A DNA stretch of 64,000 bases from Microthyrium microscopicum (GCA_010405405.1 MU004230.1:592627-656626); one strand, 5' to 3'. Positions 27,969 to 39,498 are shown, counted from the first letter of the stretch. A program made the numbers and translations. Notes: generated from the letters alone by a model not told the origin.

Positions 27969-28991
27969 ATGTCCAAACTCACCCTCGCCGCCATAGCAGC
28001 AACCAGTGCCTGCGCCGGCGCCGCCGTCACCGCAGCCCTCTTCTCCTCCCGTCCCAAACAAACCCCAACACCAACAATAACCACAACCACAACAACCACG
28101 ACCGCGCCAACAACCACACCCATCCCCATCCCAAATCGTCCCGACACCCTCTCCAAACCTCTCACCGCAATCGCCCCCGTCGACCCAACTGGCATCTTTC
28201 AATATGGTTTCCCCGGCCCCGTCGCCGACCTCAACCCCACTCCCTCTCTAGCCTCCTCCTACGACCGGCGCACGCGCAACCCTGCCTGGGTCGCCGAACA
28301 TATCACACCCGCGTCTCTGGCTTTAAGAGCAGGCGACCGCAAACACTCCGTCTTCTACGAAGACCCAGCTATCCCCGAGAAATTCCGCGCGCGATTGAAG
28401 GACTATTATAGAAGCGGCTATGACAGAGGCCACCAGGTGCCCGCCGCAGACGCCAAATGGAGCCAGGAAGCGATGGATGCGACGTTTGCGTTGAGCAATA
28501 TGTGCCCTCAAGTCGGAGAAGGATTCAACCGAGATTACTGGGCACACTTTGAAGATTTTTGTCGACGGTTGACGTTGACGTATCCGAGTGTGAGGATTGT
28601 TACTGGCCCTCTATATCTCCCGAAGAGGGATGTGGATGGCAAGTGGAGAGTGAGTTATGAGGTTATTGGGAGTCCGCCTAGCGTGGCAGTCCCAACGCAC
28701 TTCTACAAGGTTGTGTTTGCGGAGGATGGGAGAGTGGGTGGCGATGTGGCAGTGGGTGCGTTTGTGTTGCCGAATGCGGTAATTCCGAATGGGAAGAGTT
28801 TGGGGGAGTTTGAGGCGCCGTTGGAAGTTGTGGAGCGAGCAAGTGGGTTAGAGTTTGCGAGTAGGTTGCCGGTAACGAGGAGGAAGAGATTATGTGGTGA
28901 GGTTAGATGTGATATTATGGTTAAAGATTATAAGGAGCGACAGAAGAGTTTTCAGCAAGCCCAGGCTCAGCAGACGCAGAGTCGGCCCTGA
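27969..28991 (+). CDS. NUC1: Mitochondrial endonuclease G-type nuclease
   Basis: YGFPGP, YDRRTRNPAWVAEH, SGYDRGHQVPAAD, SNMCPQVGEGFNRDYW and VPTHFYK motifs; intronless. Confidence 0.95.
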   Translation: MSKLTLAAIAATSACAGAAVTAALFSSRPKQTPTPTITTTTTTTTAPTTTPIPIPNRPDTLSKPLTAIAPVDPTGIFQYGFPGPVADLNPTPSLASSYDRRTRNPAWVAEHITPASLALRAGDRKHSVFYEDPAIPEKFRARLKDYYRSGYDRGHQVPAADAKWSQEAMDATFALSNMCPQVGEGFNRDYWAHFEDFCRRLTLTYPSVRIVTGPLYLPKRDVDGKWRVSYEVIGSPPSVAVPTHFYKVVFAEDGRVGGDVAVGAFVLPNAVIPNGKSLGEFEAPLEVVERASGLEFASRLPVTRRKRLCGEVRCDIMVKDYKERQKSFQQAQAQQTQSRP

Positions 28992-29161
28992 TAGAGCGAA
29001 GTGTTTTATATACCATATTGGAGTTGGAGCATTCTGATTTTGATTGTAGAGCGGATATGCATTGGGTGTTATATACAGTGTTTCTATCATACATCCCACA
29101 ATTAACTCCTCATCAGCCATCTATTATTCCAATGTCACAGTGTCTGAGTAGTTGCGTCTGT

Positions 29162-29570
29162 TTATAACAATCCAATGGCATTTATCTTCCCAGCCTGTGC
29201 ATGCTTCACCACCTCCTGGCCAACAATATTGAACGCAGCTAGGTATTTCTCCGAGCAAGCAGTGACACACGCCGATTCGCTACCAGATAACGACGAACTA
29301 GGATTCATTACGCATCGCGAGAAGGCCGTATTGTTTAGTTTCTAGCATCGAGGCGTTAGCTTTTCGTCGTCATACAGCTTCTTTCGCAAAGGAACTTACG
29401 CCTATCAGTTGTTTGGCATGGGCCACAGCGAAACCTTCAGCAAACTCCTTCATTATTTGGTGCTTGAGTTCTACGCTGCCCATTTTCGCGCCTGGTGAGT
29501 CGGCGGGGAATACGGAGGAGGGTTCTGTTGCTGGTTTGGGGCTTGAGTCGCCACCGCCGAAAAGACCCAT
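29162..29570 (-). CDS. TIM13: Mitochondrial small Tim chaperone Tim13-like (first Cys replaced by Ala)
   Basis: Exon 1 ...AVAHAKQLIG; intron 29342-29399; exon 2 KLNNTAFSRCVMNPSSSLSGSESACVTACSEKYLAAFNIV...GLL*. Confidence 0.8.
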
Positions 29571-29915
29571 GATGATTTGTGGGTGTTGGATTGCTTGTAT
29601 GAGAAGTTTATAGAAGTATTGAGTAGATTCTGGAGCAATGAGATAGTATTTGGTGTCTTCTGTAGTGGATAAAGTGGTGATGTGTATGGTGTTGCGGCAA
29701 GAGAAAAAGGTCCGAATGTTGACGCCAAGCTTGAAGGTTGGAAATAGGGCGGCCTCTCAGCTCTTGCTGCAACATCAGGACAACTTGGCCTCTAAACCAC
29801 CAAACTCTGGGAACTTCTTCAACTGTCACCACATTATTTTTGTGCCTCATCTCGCCCACGGCTGCACTCCCCAGTCTTGTTCGGTTGATTTCGTCTGTTA
29901 CAATTGATTGTGACA

Positions 29916-31145
29916 ATGCGCCTTTTACAGCCTCAGAGCTGGCTGGCGCTGCTCACGCTTGCGCTGGCACCATGCGCTCTAGCACGCGAGGAAAAGGTCG
30001 ATCCAGAAGTCAAGAGCATACCTGTAAGAGATCTCGAGGATCCTTTGCCGGTTATATTTTGTACTAATGTCAAATTTGTAGCTTCGAACTCATAGCTTAT
30101 CACCTGTCAGTCTCCTCGCGTCTCATCTACCTCGAACACATCCCGTCGCTGCAACACAATATATCGAAACCGAGTTGCACGACTAACAATACCTAGCCAT
30201 ATTTAGATTCGCAGATGCAAAGCAGATGGTTCGATTTCGGCGGCGATACTATTATCAGATCAGACAAATACATACGGTTGACGGGCGAATTGGCCAGCAG
30301 AGCAGGATGGATGTTCTCTAGGGTACCATTAACTGCCACAAACTGGGAGGTATGTTGGAAGTATGTCAAAAATGCTAGGATTAAGCTAAAGTTCTTTCAG
30401 ATCGAGATCGAGTTCAAAATCGAAGGAACCGGAACACTATATGGAGACGGAATGGCCATATGGCTTACCAAACAACGAGGCCAAGCCGGTCCTGTCTTCG
30501 GAATGATGGACAAGTTTGAAGGTCTCGGCATCTTCATCGACACGTACAAAAACGATAGACCGGGTGTTGTATTTCCATATATCATGGCAATGGTGGGTGA
30601 TGGACATACACCATATGACAAGGACCATGATGGCAAGGCCAACGAAATTGCAGGATGTCCCGTGAGTTCTTCAAATCCCAACAAATCACATTTAAAGCTA
30701 ATCACAGTCGCAGGCACACAACATCCGCAATCACGGCGATCCAACGCGTATAAAGATCACCTACATGCACGACAAGTCTTTGGCAGTCTACCTAGGCACA
30801 TACGCGGACCCAGATAAATGGGATCTCTGCTTCACCACCCCAGATGTCAAGATCCCTTCCGTCGCCTACCTAGGCTTCAGCGCCGAAACAGGCGAACTCG
30901 CCGACTCCCACGATATCATCAAAGTGGACGCACGTAATCTCTACAAACCCGAAGGGCATAGTGGCCCCAATCAAGCATCCCAAGCCGGCGCCAACCGCGG
31001 CCGCAAACTCAAGAGTCAAAAGAACAAGTCAAGTGGCGGGTGGGGTTGGTTCTTCATCAAGTTCATCATCTTTGGCCTCATTGTAGCAGGAGCATGGGGT
31101 GGATTCGTAGCATATCGCGCCCAGCAAGGACGGTCGCGCTTTTAA
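29916..31145 (+). CDS. L-type lectin cargo receptor (VIP36/LMAN2/Emp46-like), type I membrane protein
   Basis: Signal peptide; LRTHSLSP|PYLDSQMQSRWFDFGG, GDGMAIW, GIFIDTYKN and YLGFSAETGEL motifs; C-terminal TM and RSRF tail; four introns including a 24-nt exon at about 30082-30105. Confidence 0.9.
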
Positions 31146-31420
31146 AGAAAAAGCAATAGCTTGGTTGTTCTCCCCCCATTTTAGCTTTGGCGCAGCGGCG
31201 GTTGATTTCGATTGTGTTTAACTCGAATTGCACAGTACTGTCTTTGATGAATTATTACGTACCTTGGGTTTCTGGGTGAACTGTTGGCGTATATAAGATT
31301 GAGAGAGGCTGTAGGATATTATATAGTCGCTGAGATAGGGAGAATGCATTCCATGGTAATTCAGTGGTCAAAATATATCATACATAATCTTTGCTACTAT
31401 AAAAGGTTCGTGTGTTTCTC

Positions 31421-32665
31421 CTAAGATGCCACTGATTGTAGCTTGAAATGTAGACCTGCTGATGCCAGCCGATCTACATATCCTTCTCCCAAAGTCGAAG
31501 GTGTCAATATACCCCCATCATTCTTCGCCTTACTTTCACCTCCACGCAACAGCTCCAATGCTGCCTGCGCTACCAACACACCCGTCCAGTAATACAAATC
31601 TGCCGGCATATCCAGCGACGCCACCACACGTTTCCCACTATCACTCGTCGCCAGCGCCTTGTACCTTACAAAGTAATCCTTTGCTTTATCCCCTCTTGCG
31701 CCCTCGCCCGGCTGTGGCGCAAACTTCTTGAGCAGCCAGCGTGTCGGCGGCAAAATGACGAATAGACCGGCAATCGCCATGAACCACGCCTGTAATATGG
31801 CGCGGATGGGTGATGGTGCGCGCAGCCAGACGACAAACTTGAAGTTTCGTCCGTATAGTGCTCCGCCGTCGAAGAGGCCCCATGAGCGCTGAACGATGGG
31901 ACTGTCGATACCGTTGCCGAGCCAGTCGGTTAAGAGGCCGAGTTCGGGAACTTTGACGTAGCCCTTCAGTCTGTTTAGGATGGAGCCTCTGTTTGCAGGC
32001 AATTGTTTTTGAGCCGCAATTGGGCGGACTGGTGAGAGGGCGAAGGGCGCCATGCTTTTGAGGAGGTAGGTTGGTGAGTAGGCGTCTGCGATACTTAGTG
32101 CCGTGGCTGCTGTTCCGCCAGATACGGTGTTGTTGATGGCGTGGATGCAGTTGACGACTTCTAGCGTGCCTTCGTTGTAGTGTGAGCGGATATATCGTAC
32201 CAACAAATGGGCAATGAGATCTGAGGGCGCAGAGTCGATGCCGCATTGGGGGATGAGGACTGTCTTGGAGGCTACGGCGCGCTCGTGGAAGCGGTTGATC
32301 ATGTCGTACACCCATGGTATTTCGCCAGTGATGTCAATGTAGTGTGTGCCAGCATTGACGCATGCTTCGATAACGGGCGTACCATACTTCCAAAATGGCC
32401 CGACGCAGCTGATCAAGACCTTTGTTTTGGCGGCGAGGGTAGCTAGATCGGTGGGGTCGTGGTTGATGGCTTCTACGCCGGGTTGGACGCGGTCTGAATT
32501 GAGGGTCTTGAGATCAGAGGCGATAGTGGAGAGCTTGGAGGCGTTCCGGCCGGCGATAGCCCATTTGAGATCGGTAGGTGCGTTTTCTTGGAGGTAGTCG
32601 ACGGTGTATTTACCAGTGTGTCCTGTGGCGCCGTAAACGATGAGATCGTATTGCCGAGAAGCCAT
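31421..32665 (-). CDS. Saccharopine dehydrogenase-like oxidoreductase (SCCPDH family)
   Basis: YGATGHTG Rossmann motif; WAIAGRN, CVGPF, YIDITGE, CGIDSAPSDL, SGGT and GGILTP motifs; intronless. Confidence 0.9.
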   Translation of the reverse strand: MASRQYDLIVYGATGHTGKYTVDYLQENAPTDLKWAIAGRNASKLSTIASDLKTLNSDRVQPGVEAINHDPTDLATLAAKTKVLISCVGPFWKYGTPVIEACVNAGTHYIDITGEIPWVYDMINRFHERAVASKTVLIPQCGIDSAPSDLIAHLLVRYIRSHYNEGTLEVVNCIHAINNTVSGGTAATALSIADAYSPTYLLKSMAPFALSPVRPIAAQKQLPANRGSILNRLKGYVKVPELGLLTDWLGNGIDSPIVQRSWGLFDGGALYGRNFKFVVWLRAPSPIRAILQAWFMAIAGLFVILPPTRWLLKKFAPQPGEGARGDKAKDYFVRYKALATSDSGKRVVASLDMPADLYYWTGVLVAQAALELLRGGESKAKNDGGILTPSTLGEGYVDRLASAGLHFKLQSVAS

Positions 32666-32925
32666 TATGGTGGTTGTATGGGGTGACGTTGAGGAGTGAG
32701 GATGTCAATGGAGGGCACAGCAATCAAATATGCATGGGAAGAAGAGGAGTATTTCGAGTTGACACGGACATCGGGGCTCGGATGAATAAATGGATGGATT
32801 GATGAAGCTCTCGCCTCTCAACACTCAACTCAATCGGTCTTTAGGCAATCACATGCTTTTTCTTGTAAATTCAAAGAGGCTCAAGCTCAAGCTTCATGCA
32901 GAGTGACGCATTCATTTTTGCCGCC

Positions 32926-32950
32926 CGATAACCGCGATAACCGCCTATCT
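32926..32950. promoter_or_regulatory. Tandem CGATAA motifs upstream of POP3 (possible ribosome-biogenesis element)
   Basis: CGATAACCGCGATAACCG about 100 nt upstream of the POP3 ATG; functional role is inferred only. Confidence 0.35.
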
Positions 32951-33034
32951 CAACCTATTTTCTTGAAGCTACAATCCCAAAGCTATCGAGTACTATTTAA
33001 CATTACCAAATGCACTTTATTTCTCCAAGCAGCA

Positions 33035-33767
33035 ATGCCACCAAAAACACCATACAAAAAGCCAACGCCAAAGTCCGTGCCAGTCCAAAAAACTACCCTC
33101 CCCTACTCCGCACCAACCTGGCCCACAATCCATCCAAAGCTGCAACAAGATCTACTCACACAGCTCCGCGAGTTCGCCATTACCGTTTCTTTTCGCGCGA
33201 ATTACACTGATTATTGTGGGTAGAATCGTCGGTCCTCTCGGCGCATGGCGTGCGAAGATAATCCTATCGAAAGGCAAACGCAAGAGAAGGCGCGAACGGA
33301 AGCTTGGCGCAGCATATAAGGGGTATACTCGGCCGCGCCCGCCGGTTCCTAAGATTAGTCGTTCCCTCACGGTGGGTTTCAATAGCACGACGAGAGCGCT
33401 CGAGGGAGAGCGGAATAATGGGGTTGATGGTGGTGGGAAGGAAGAGAAGCCGGTTAGGGTGGTGTTTGTGACGCATTCGGTGGACTCGATGCTCTATGCA
33501 CATTTGCCGGTGTTAACTTCTCTTGCAAGACCGGCTGTTCAGCTGGTGCCCTTGAGTGAGCAATCCGAAAAGAATATTGGTGAGGCTCTGGGGGTGCCGA
33601 GAGTTGGGATGATAGGGATTAGAGAAGATGCGCCCGGAGCTATTGCGCTCTTCGAGCTGTTGAAGGAAGTACCTGCCGTGGAGGTGCCATTTCTCAAAGA
33701 AAGTGCTTCAGGGAAATGGCTTGGTACTAAGATTGATACGAGTATGTCGATGCCAGAAAATTCATGA
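33035..33767 (+). CDS. POP3: RNase P/MRP subunit Pop3/Rpp38-like (L7Ae-like fold)
   Basis: KGKRKRRR, LTVGFNSTTRALE, HLPVL, LGVPRVGMIGI, VEVPFL and WLGTKI motifs; one predicted intron near 33172-33223. Confidence 0.75.
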
Positions 33768-33895
33768 TGAATAGAGGTCAAACGTCTTCAGGAACGCTAC
33801 TACTATTCAGTACTTTTGAAAGCTTGGCGCTACAATGGACTATGTACAGCGGTATCGTTCAATTCGCATCGCCAAGAAGGCATTAAACGGATCTC

Positions 33896-36078
33896 TTAGG
33901 ATTCCATTTTATCAGCTGCAGATTCGGTCGACTTTGTCTCTTGAGGTACCGTCTCCTTGGCCTCCTCAGTAACAGTCGATTCAGGTACCGACTCGGCACC
34001 TGCGATGAGCTTATCATCCAATCCATCAGCCGCGACCTTCTTTCCAAATCGGCGACTGCTATTGGCTTTCTCATATCCACGCTTACGCTCTCGTCGAGAA
34101 GGCTGCGAGTGATGAGAAACATCACGGGTTCCCTTCGAGGCATTGACGCCCTTCGAACTCAGAAACAAGAAGTACGGCATCTTGAAATTGTCAATCTGCG
34201 AGAAGAATGTGTGGAATCTAAGCCAATGTTAGCAATGCGTATTTAAATTATTGACCAAAAACTTACACATGACTGGCATCTTCTTCCAAAAAGATCTTGT
34301 CATAAATCTCTCGCTGCTTGAATTCCAGCATCGCTTTTTCGTGTATATCAAATGTGATATCATCTCTGCCAAAGCCTTGGGCCTTTTTGTTATAGCTGTC
34401 AAATACTGGTCTCTCCAGTAGCAAACCTATACTTGGTGCTTTCGGGATGTTGTATACATCGAGACACATGCTATCTGCTAGACGACTGGGAACGCATCCA
34501 GTTCTCACGATAAGTGCGACCATTGCTACCATTTTGCGGATTTGATGCATCATGAAGCTTTGTCCATGAACTTTCAGGGAGAGCCATTCCGTTCCATTGA
34601 TGAGAACAGGATCTCCGTTGACTTGAAAAGATTTGATGTATCGTTTTGCTGAGGAATCTCTCGGGTTCTTCTTGATGGTAAAGTTGTGGAAGTTGTGTGT
34701 ACCTTCGTAACGTGCCAATACGTCCTGAACTCGCGCTAATCTCTCAGGTTGTATCCGATATGCGGTCTTGGCTTCGATATAGGCGGCTTTGATGAGCTTG
34801 ATGGCTTTTTCGACTGGTTCGGATCTTATTGGCGGTTGCCGAATCTTTTTCGTCTCTTCATCTACAGGCGTGTTCGTACCTTCGGGGTCGATGGTGACGT
34901 CCATAGAGTCAGCATTATCATCTTGTTCGGCTTCTGGCTCATTTGGTTGTTCAGCTGGTTGATCAATCTCTTTGGTCTTTCCCGACCTACTTGCAGTGTT
35001 TTCGGTGGGATTGTCATCCTCCTCCTCTTCTGCGCCTCCAATCACTTCATCCTCGAAGAAACCTTTGGTAACACCCTCCGTACGGTAGATGGCTTCCTCC
35101 ACAGTACGGCGAGTTTCGTCATCGAGGGTGTCGAGAATTGGCCTGATCTTTGTTGCTTCCACCTCCTCCCAAAATCCACTCACTTCCTTTTGTCTGGCAT
35201 TGTAACCATCCAAATCTCCCACTTCTGTGGCGAGCTCTCCAAGCTGTTTCCCCATGAAACTTGTCGGGTGAGGAGGTAAGAAAGAATATGTTGGAACCAG
35301 ATACTCGTACCACCGCGAATCGCATGCAGCATAACAACTAAATCCTCCTGTAGCTCTCTCAATGCCCCAAACTCGGACTTGTTCTGGTAGATGGCTGTTG
35401 ATCTTCTCGACAATATCCTCATCTTCTATTATCAGCTTGAGGGATATGACATTTCCAGCGGCATGTACGCCTTTGTCGGTTCTGGCACATCGCACCAGCG
35501 CCGACTTCTTTGGATCATCCGCGTTGGCCTTGGAAATAGCTCCGGCTTTCACAAAGGCTTGGAAGAGGTCGCCTTCAATAGTGCGCTGCCTTGGCATAAT
35601 TTGCATTCCATGATAGCCCGTGCCAGAGTAGCCGATTAGAACTGCGACTTTGCGCTTCGGCCGTCGGTCTTCCTGGGAGATTTCATCCTTGGAGAATTTG
35701 GTAGAGTAAATAGGCTCGGGCTTCCCACGTTCTTCATTTTCGGCTCGCTTCTTTTGCTCATCGTCATTTCTATCTCGCTTGTCTGGAACAGCGCGGCTTG
35801 AATTTAGTCAGAGAACTGGTTATTCTATCGAATCCCCAACGAGGAATGGGAAGTTCGACCACCACACAACGTAGGGCGTAGACAAATCATTTTTTGGGCA
35901 ACGCTGCGATATTTCGACTTGGAAAGACTTACTGATATTCCGTACGCCCCATATTTCGGCCCTGATTCTTTCCGCTTCGATTATTCTTCGGTTTACGATC
36001 GTCTTTGCGGCTGCGCTTGCTACTTCGCGAAACTGGATTGGTTTCGTCCTCTGCAGGACGCTTGTTAGGTGTCTCCAT
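33896..36078 (-). CDS. PUS1: tRNA pseudouridine synthase 1 (TruA family)
   Basis: PKRKVAVLIGYSGTGYHGMQ, ARTDKGVHA, GTHNFHNFT and GQSFMMHQIRKM motifs; two introns. Confidence 0.95.
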
Positions 36079-36287
36079 GACTTTGTCATCGATTTTGTGA
36101 AGTAGTAAGTGGGTGAATTTTGGAATCTGAGCAGTGAAGTTTGGTTGTAATGAAAATCGGGATATGCCAAGACCAGGCTTACCTCCGAGATCTCCCAATC
36201 TCCGTGATCGTGACCATTGTTGCCTCTAACTTGAAGGGAGTACATCTTTTGCAGAAAGTATCGAAATGTCTTTTTCTTGAAAGTATC

Positions 36288-37340
36288 ATGAAGAAATCAT
36301 TCTCCTCAAGACGCGTAGCCCGACGCATCGGCGACGAATCGGGCTCAGAACCAGAAACCACAGTCGTCAAACGACCCTCCGTCATCACAAAGTCCGCGAA
36401 ACGAAAATCAGCCGTATCTCGCCTCTCATTTGGTCCCTCCACTACAGACGACAACGATGCAGAATCATCACGGCAATCAACGCCAAAGCTTGCGAACAAA
36501 CTAGGTCGTCTCGCGCTCGAGCGTAGTGCCACGCGCGAAGGTGAAGATGGGACACCTCTTCGCGCCGGCATGGAGTCAGATCGCCCCAGTTATACAACGG
36601 AATTTTTACGGGAGCTACAAGCGTCGACACCAACTTTGCCGCGAAGCGAAGACGAGGGGGAAGCACAAAAGGCCGTGACTAGGATATCAAATACTGGACT
36701 GGCGCACATACCGAGTGTAGCAGAGATTCGAGAGAAAAAGGCTCGACGTGCGCGTCTAGCTCAGGAGCAGGAATACATATCACTCGAAGGATCAGATTCC
36801 GATGGGCCGCGAGAGGTCATGCTATTGCCCAAGGAGAACAAGTACGGCGAAACAAGACTAGTGCCTGACGACGAAGACATGGCAGAAGGATTTGACGAAT
36901 ATGTGGATGATGGCACGGTCGCTCTAGGGCGCAAAGCTGAGCGAAAGCAAAAGAAACAACGGCGGGCGGAAATGGCTAGTATGATTGCACAGGCTGAAGG
37001 TGTTGGCTCAGACGTTGACAGCGATGTGTCGGAAGCGGAGCGCGTCGCTGCGTATGATGCTGCTCAAACGAGAGCTGGCACTTACGGCTCACATTCGAGA
37101 CCGCAGGATGGGGACAACAGGCCCAAGACACCGCCAAAGATCACGCCCGTGCCAGACTTGCCCTCTGTTTTGCAGCATATTCGAGCAGTCTTGGAGAAGG
37201 CCAAGGAGGCGCAAAGCCTGGCAGAGAAACGAGTGCAGGACCTTGCTGCTGAGAAGATAGATGTCGCGGAAAGAGAGGTTTGGGTTCAAGAGCAGCTGAA
37301 GGAAATTGGGGAGAAATATGAGCATGTGCTTAAAGCATAA
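36288..37340 (+). CDS. NTR2: Spliceosome disassembly factor Ntr2-like
   Basis: SRLSFG, RPSYTTEFLRELQASTP, IPSVAEIREKKARRARLA, ETRLVPDDED.AEGFDEYV and AYDAAQTRAG motifs; C-terminal coiled coil. Confidence 0.8.
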   Translation: MKKSFSSRRVARRIGDESGSEPETTVVKRPSVITKSAKRKSAVSRLSFGPSTTDDNDAESSRQSTPKLANKLGRLALERSATREGEDGTPLRAGMESDRPSYTTEFLRELQASTPTLPRSEDEGEAQKAVTRISNTGLAHIPSVAEIREKKARRARLAQEQEYISLEGSDSDGPREVMLLPKENKYGETRLVPDDEDMAEGFDEYVDDGTVALGRKAERKQKKQRRAEMASMIAQAEGVGSDVDSDVSEAERVAAYDAAQTRAGTYGSHSRPQDGDNRPKTPPKITPVPDLPSVLQHIRAVLEKAKEAQSLAEKRVQDLAAEKIDVAEREVWVQEQLKEIGEKYEHVLKA

Positions 37341-37895
37341 CGACGTCAAAGATACCCAATTCAATTCCATTTAGCGCTCCGTCTATACACTCATCGCCAA
37401 TAAGTAGTGCGATTATCCCCATAGCACTCGAAATTTTTTACGCTTCCTCACAAGTGAGATGGGCAAGTAAGCGCTCGATCTTGCTTCGGGGCATAGCGCA
37501 AGCCTTGGCTCCCGTTGCATTCAATAGGGGCAGGGACGTTCAGAAGGCATGATGTGAAAGAACATTCGATTAAAATAGAACATCGAAAGGTGCGATGCGA
37601 AGCAAAGGATCAGGTCTACGTCCAGGCTATGACGCATGCTATGTCTCCCATTGCAGTCGATGAGAGCGGTTTGAACGGAAAAGATGTGATGGCGAAATCA
37701 GAAAACCTCCACTTTTGAGGCGGGAAATCTTATGAAAGTTCGAAGTCTATCGCGGAAGAAGATAGGAAATTATGGGAAGCAAAAATTCATACTTGGATAT
37801 CTATGGCTAACAGGGGTATCATACAACATAATGCTTTCAAAACTTATTCATCCCAGGGTATACCCACTTTAAACGCCATGTAATGCATGTTCCGA

Positions 37896-39383
37896 TTAGT
37901 TTTCCTTCTTCTCAGCCTTTTTGAATGGCCGGTTTGCCAGCAATGCATGGTCTGGCATGACCTCCTCCAGTTGTTGATAGAAAACGGGATCATTGATGGT
38001 GGATCCGTAGCCTCTACGGGGCGTACGAAATGATTGAATTGTGGTTCTTGGAGCCGTCTGAAACTCGGCGAGAGGTTGAGATCGTAGGTTTGGTGCTGTC
38101 ATGGGTGTTTGTGGTACCTGAGGTCGCGAAACTTGGGCTCGTGCTGGCGTGAAAGGCATGATGGTTGTATGATCTTCAGTCTCTTCGTCCTTTTCAGCTT
38201 CTCGTGCCTCTCTTTCGGCCTTCTTTCTGGCGAACAAATCTCTGATCCATTGTTGGGTTTCGCGTTCCCTGTACTCTGCTCGCATTTGCTCAGAAAGTTG
38301 TTTGAGGCCCGCGTGCCTTCTAGCGTTGTCACGTAGTTTGTTGATGAACGCTTCGACATGGATCAGGACGCCTTGTTCTTTGGCGATTGGCACCAATCGT
38401 TGCAGAGCTTCCCACGTGTTCTTCCGCTTTCGAAGAATGTCAAGGACACCTTGAATTTGAATAGTTTTGACCTCTTCTTGGGCCTGCAGGAGACGAGCCT
38501 GATCACGAGCGGCTTTGGCGCGCCAGATCTCAAAGAAGAATGTCATGACGTTGGTCTTTCGGAGCTCTGTCGCCTCGTGATAAGCCTCGGTGAGTTTCTG
38601 TTTTTGTTCCTCTCTGACTTTGGCGCGCCATTTCTGGAAAGGTTCAATGGCATAATGGTAGTCTTGCACCAAAGCGGAGAGCTTCTTGAGGTGGTCCACC
38701 TTGGCCTTTTGCTTGAGGAGGACATTCCAGACATATTCGGCAGCTCGCTGCTTCTTGTACTCGTCGCTGAGCTTTTGCAACTCCTGTAGTCTGTTGGCCT
38801 TTTCTTTCATTTTGTTGACGAATTTATTGATGAGCAGGTCTTCTGCGTACATGCGGTCATTGTCCTCATGTACTACCTTTTCGCGCACCAGCATGTTGAT
38901 TGTTTGTAGTGCGCTTTCTTGTCTGACCTGTCTGGCCTGCTCTTTTGCGGCGTCGAGTTGCGCTTGTTTGCGGCGTTGCTTCTCGAACAGGCCAAGAACA
39001 TAGAAATCGCCGCGCACATTTTGGGCCTCTTTCATTGCCTCCCGGTATTTTGGGGTTTTTAGCAGCTCTTCTATTGATAGCTGCTCCGCTTCTCCCCCTT
39101 CCAGACCAGCCGGTTGGCCATGACTTTCGCAAAGGTCGTTGTACACCTTTGAGGGCGTCTGGCCTCCCTCCCTCCGCTGCGCCATCTCACTGATCCAGGC
39201 AACAACTTTGGTGCTGGCCTGGAGTTGTTGATTGCTACTTTCGGCAATAGCATTGTCGTAGGAATTCAGGAGGGTTTCTGTCCATTTTTCTTCCTTATTG
39301 GCGAGGCGCACGTCTGCAAGTGCAATTGTCGTGAGTAGTAACCGTAGCTCATCATCGGAAAGAAGGGGCAATAGATCAACCAT
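37896..39383 (-). CDS. Helical/coiled-coil protein, probable shortened Sfi1-like spindle pole body protein
   Basis: About 495 aa, intronless; N-terminal LSDDELRLL..I; spaced F..WR motifs (PFQKWR, FFEIWR); TP-rich tail (FTPAR, TPMT, TPRR). Confidence 0.55.
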   Translation of the reverse strand: MVDLLPLLSDDELRLLLTTIALADVRLANKEEKWTETLLNSYDNAIAESSNQQLQASTKVVAWISEMAQRREGGQTPSKVYNDLCESHGQPAGLEGGEAEQLSIEELLKTPKYREAMKEAQNVRGDFYVLGLFEKQRRKQAQLDAAKEQARQVRQESALQTINMLVREKVVHEDNDRMYAEDLLINKFVNKMKEKANRLQELQKLSDEYKKQRAAEYVWNVLLKQKAKVDHLKKLSALVQDYHYAIEPFQKWRAKVREEQKQKLTEAYHEATELRKTNVMTFFFEIWRAKAARDQARLLQAQEEVKTIQIQGVLDILRKRKNTWEALQRLVPIAKEQGVLIHVEAFINKLRDNARRHAGLKQLSEQMRAEYRERETQQWIRDLFARKKAEREAREAEKDEETEDHTTIMPFTPARAQVSRPQVPQTPMTAPNLRSQPLAEFQTAPRTTIQSFRTPRRGYGSTINDPVFYQQLEEVMPDHALLANRPFKKAEKKEN

Positions 39384-39471
39384 TCTGAATTGGGATAGTT
39401 GAGTTTCTAAAAGTGGTGGTTGAACGTTGAGATATGGAGGTGTCGAGGCTTTATCACATGACCCGATCATT

Positions 39472-39498
39472 CACGAAAATTACACGCGTCCACGTGAC
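39472..39498. promoter_or_regulatory. SCB-like, MCB and E-box cluster in a 204-bp bidirectional promoter
   Basis: CACGAAAA 39472-39479, ACGCGT 39484-39489 and CACGTGAC 39491-39498. Confidence 0.5.

Noticed and set aside
37320..37420. Extra 3' exon or readthrough for NTR2
   Set aside because: No convincing donor, branch and acceptor set, and the frame closes after about 20 codons.
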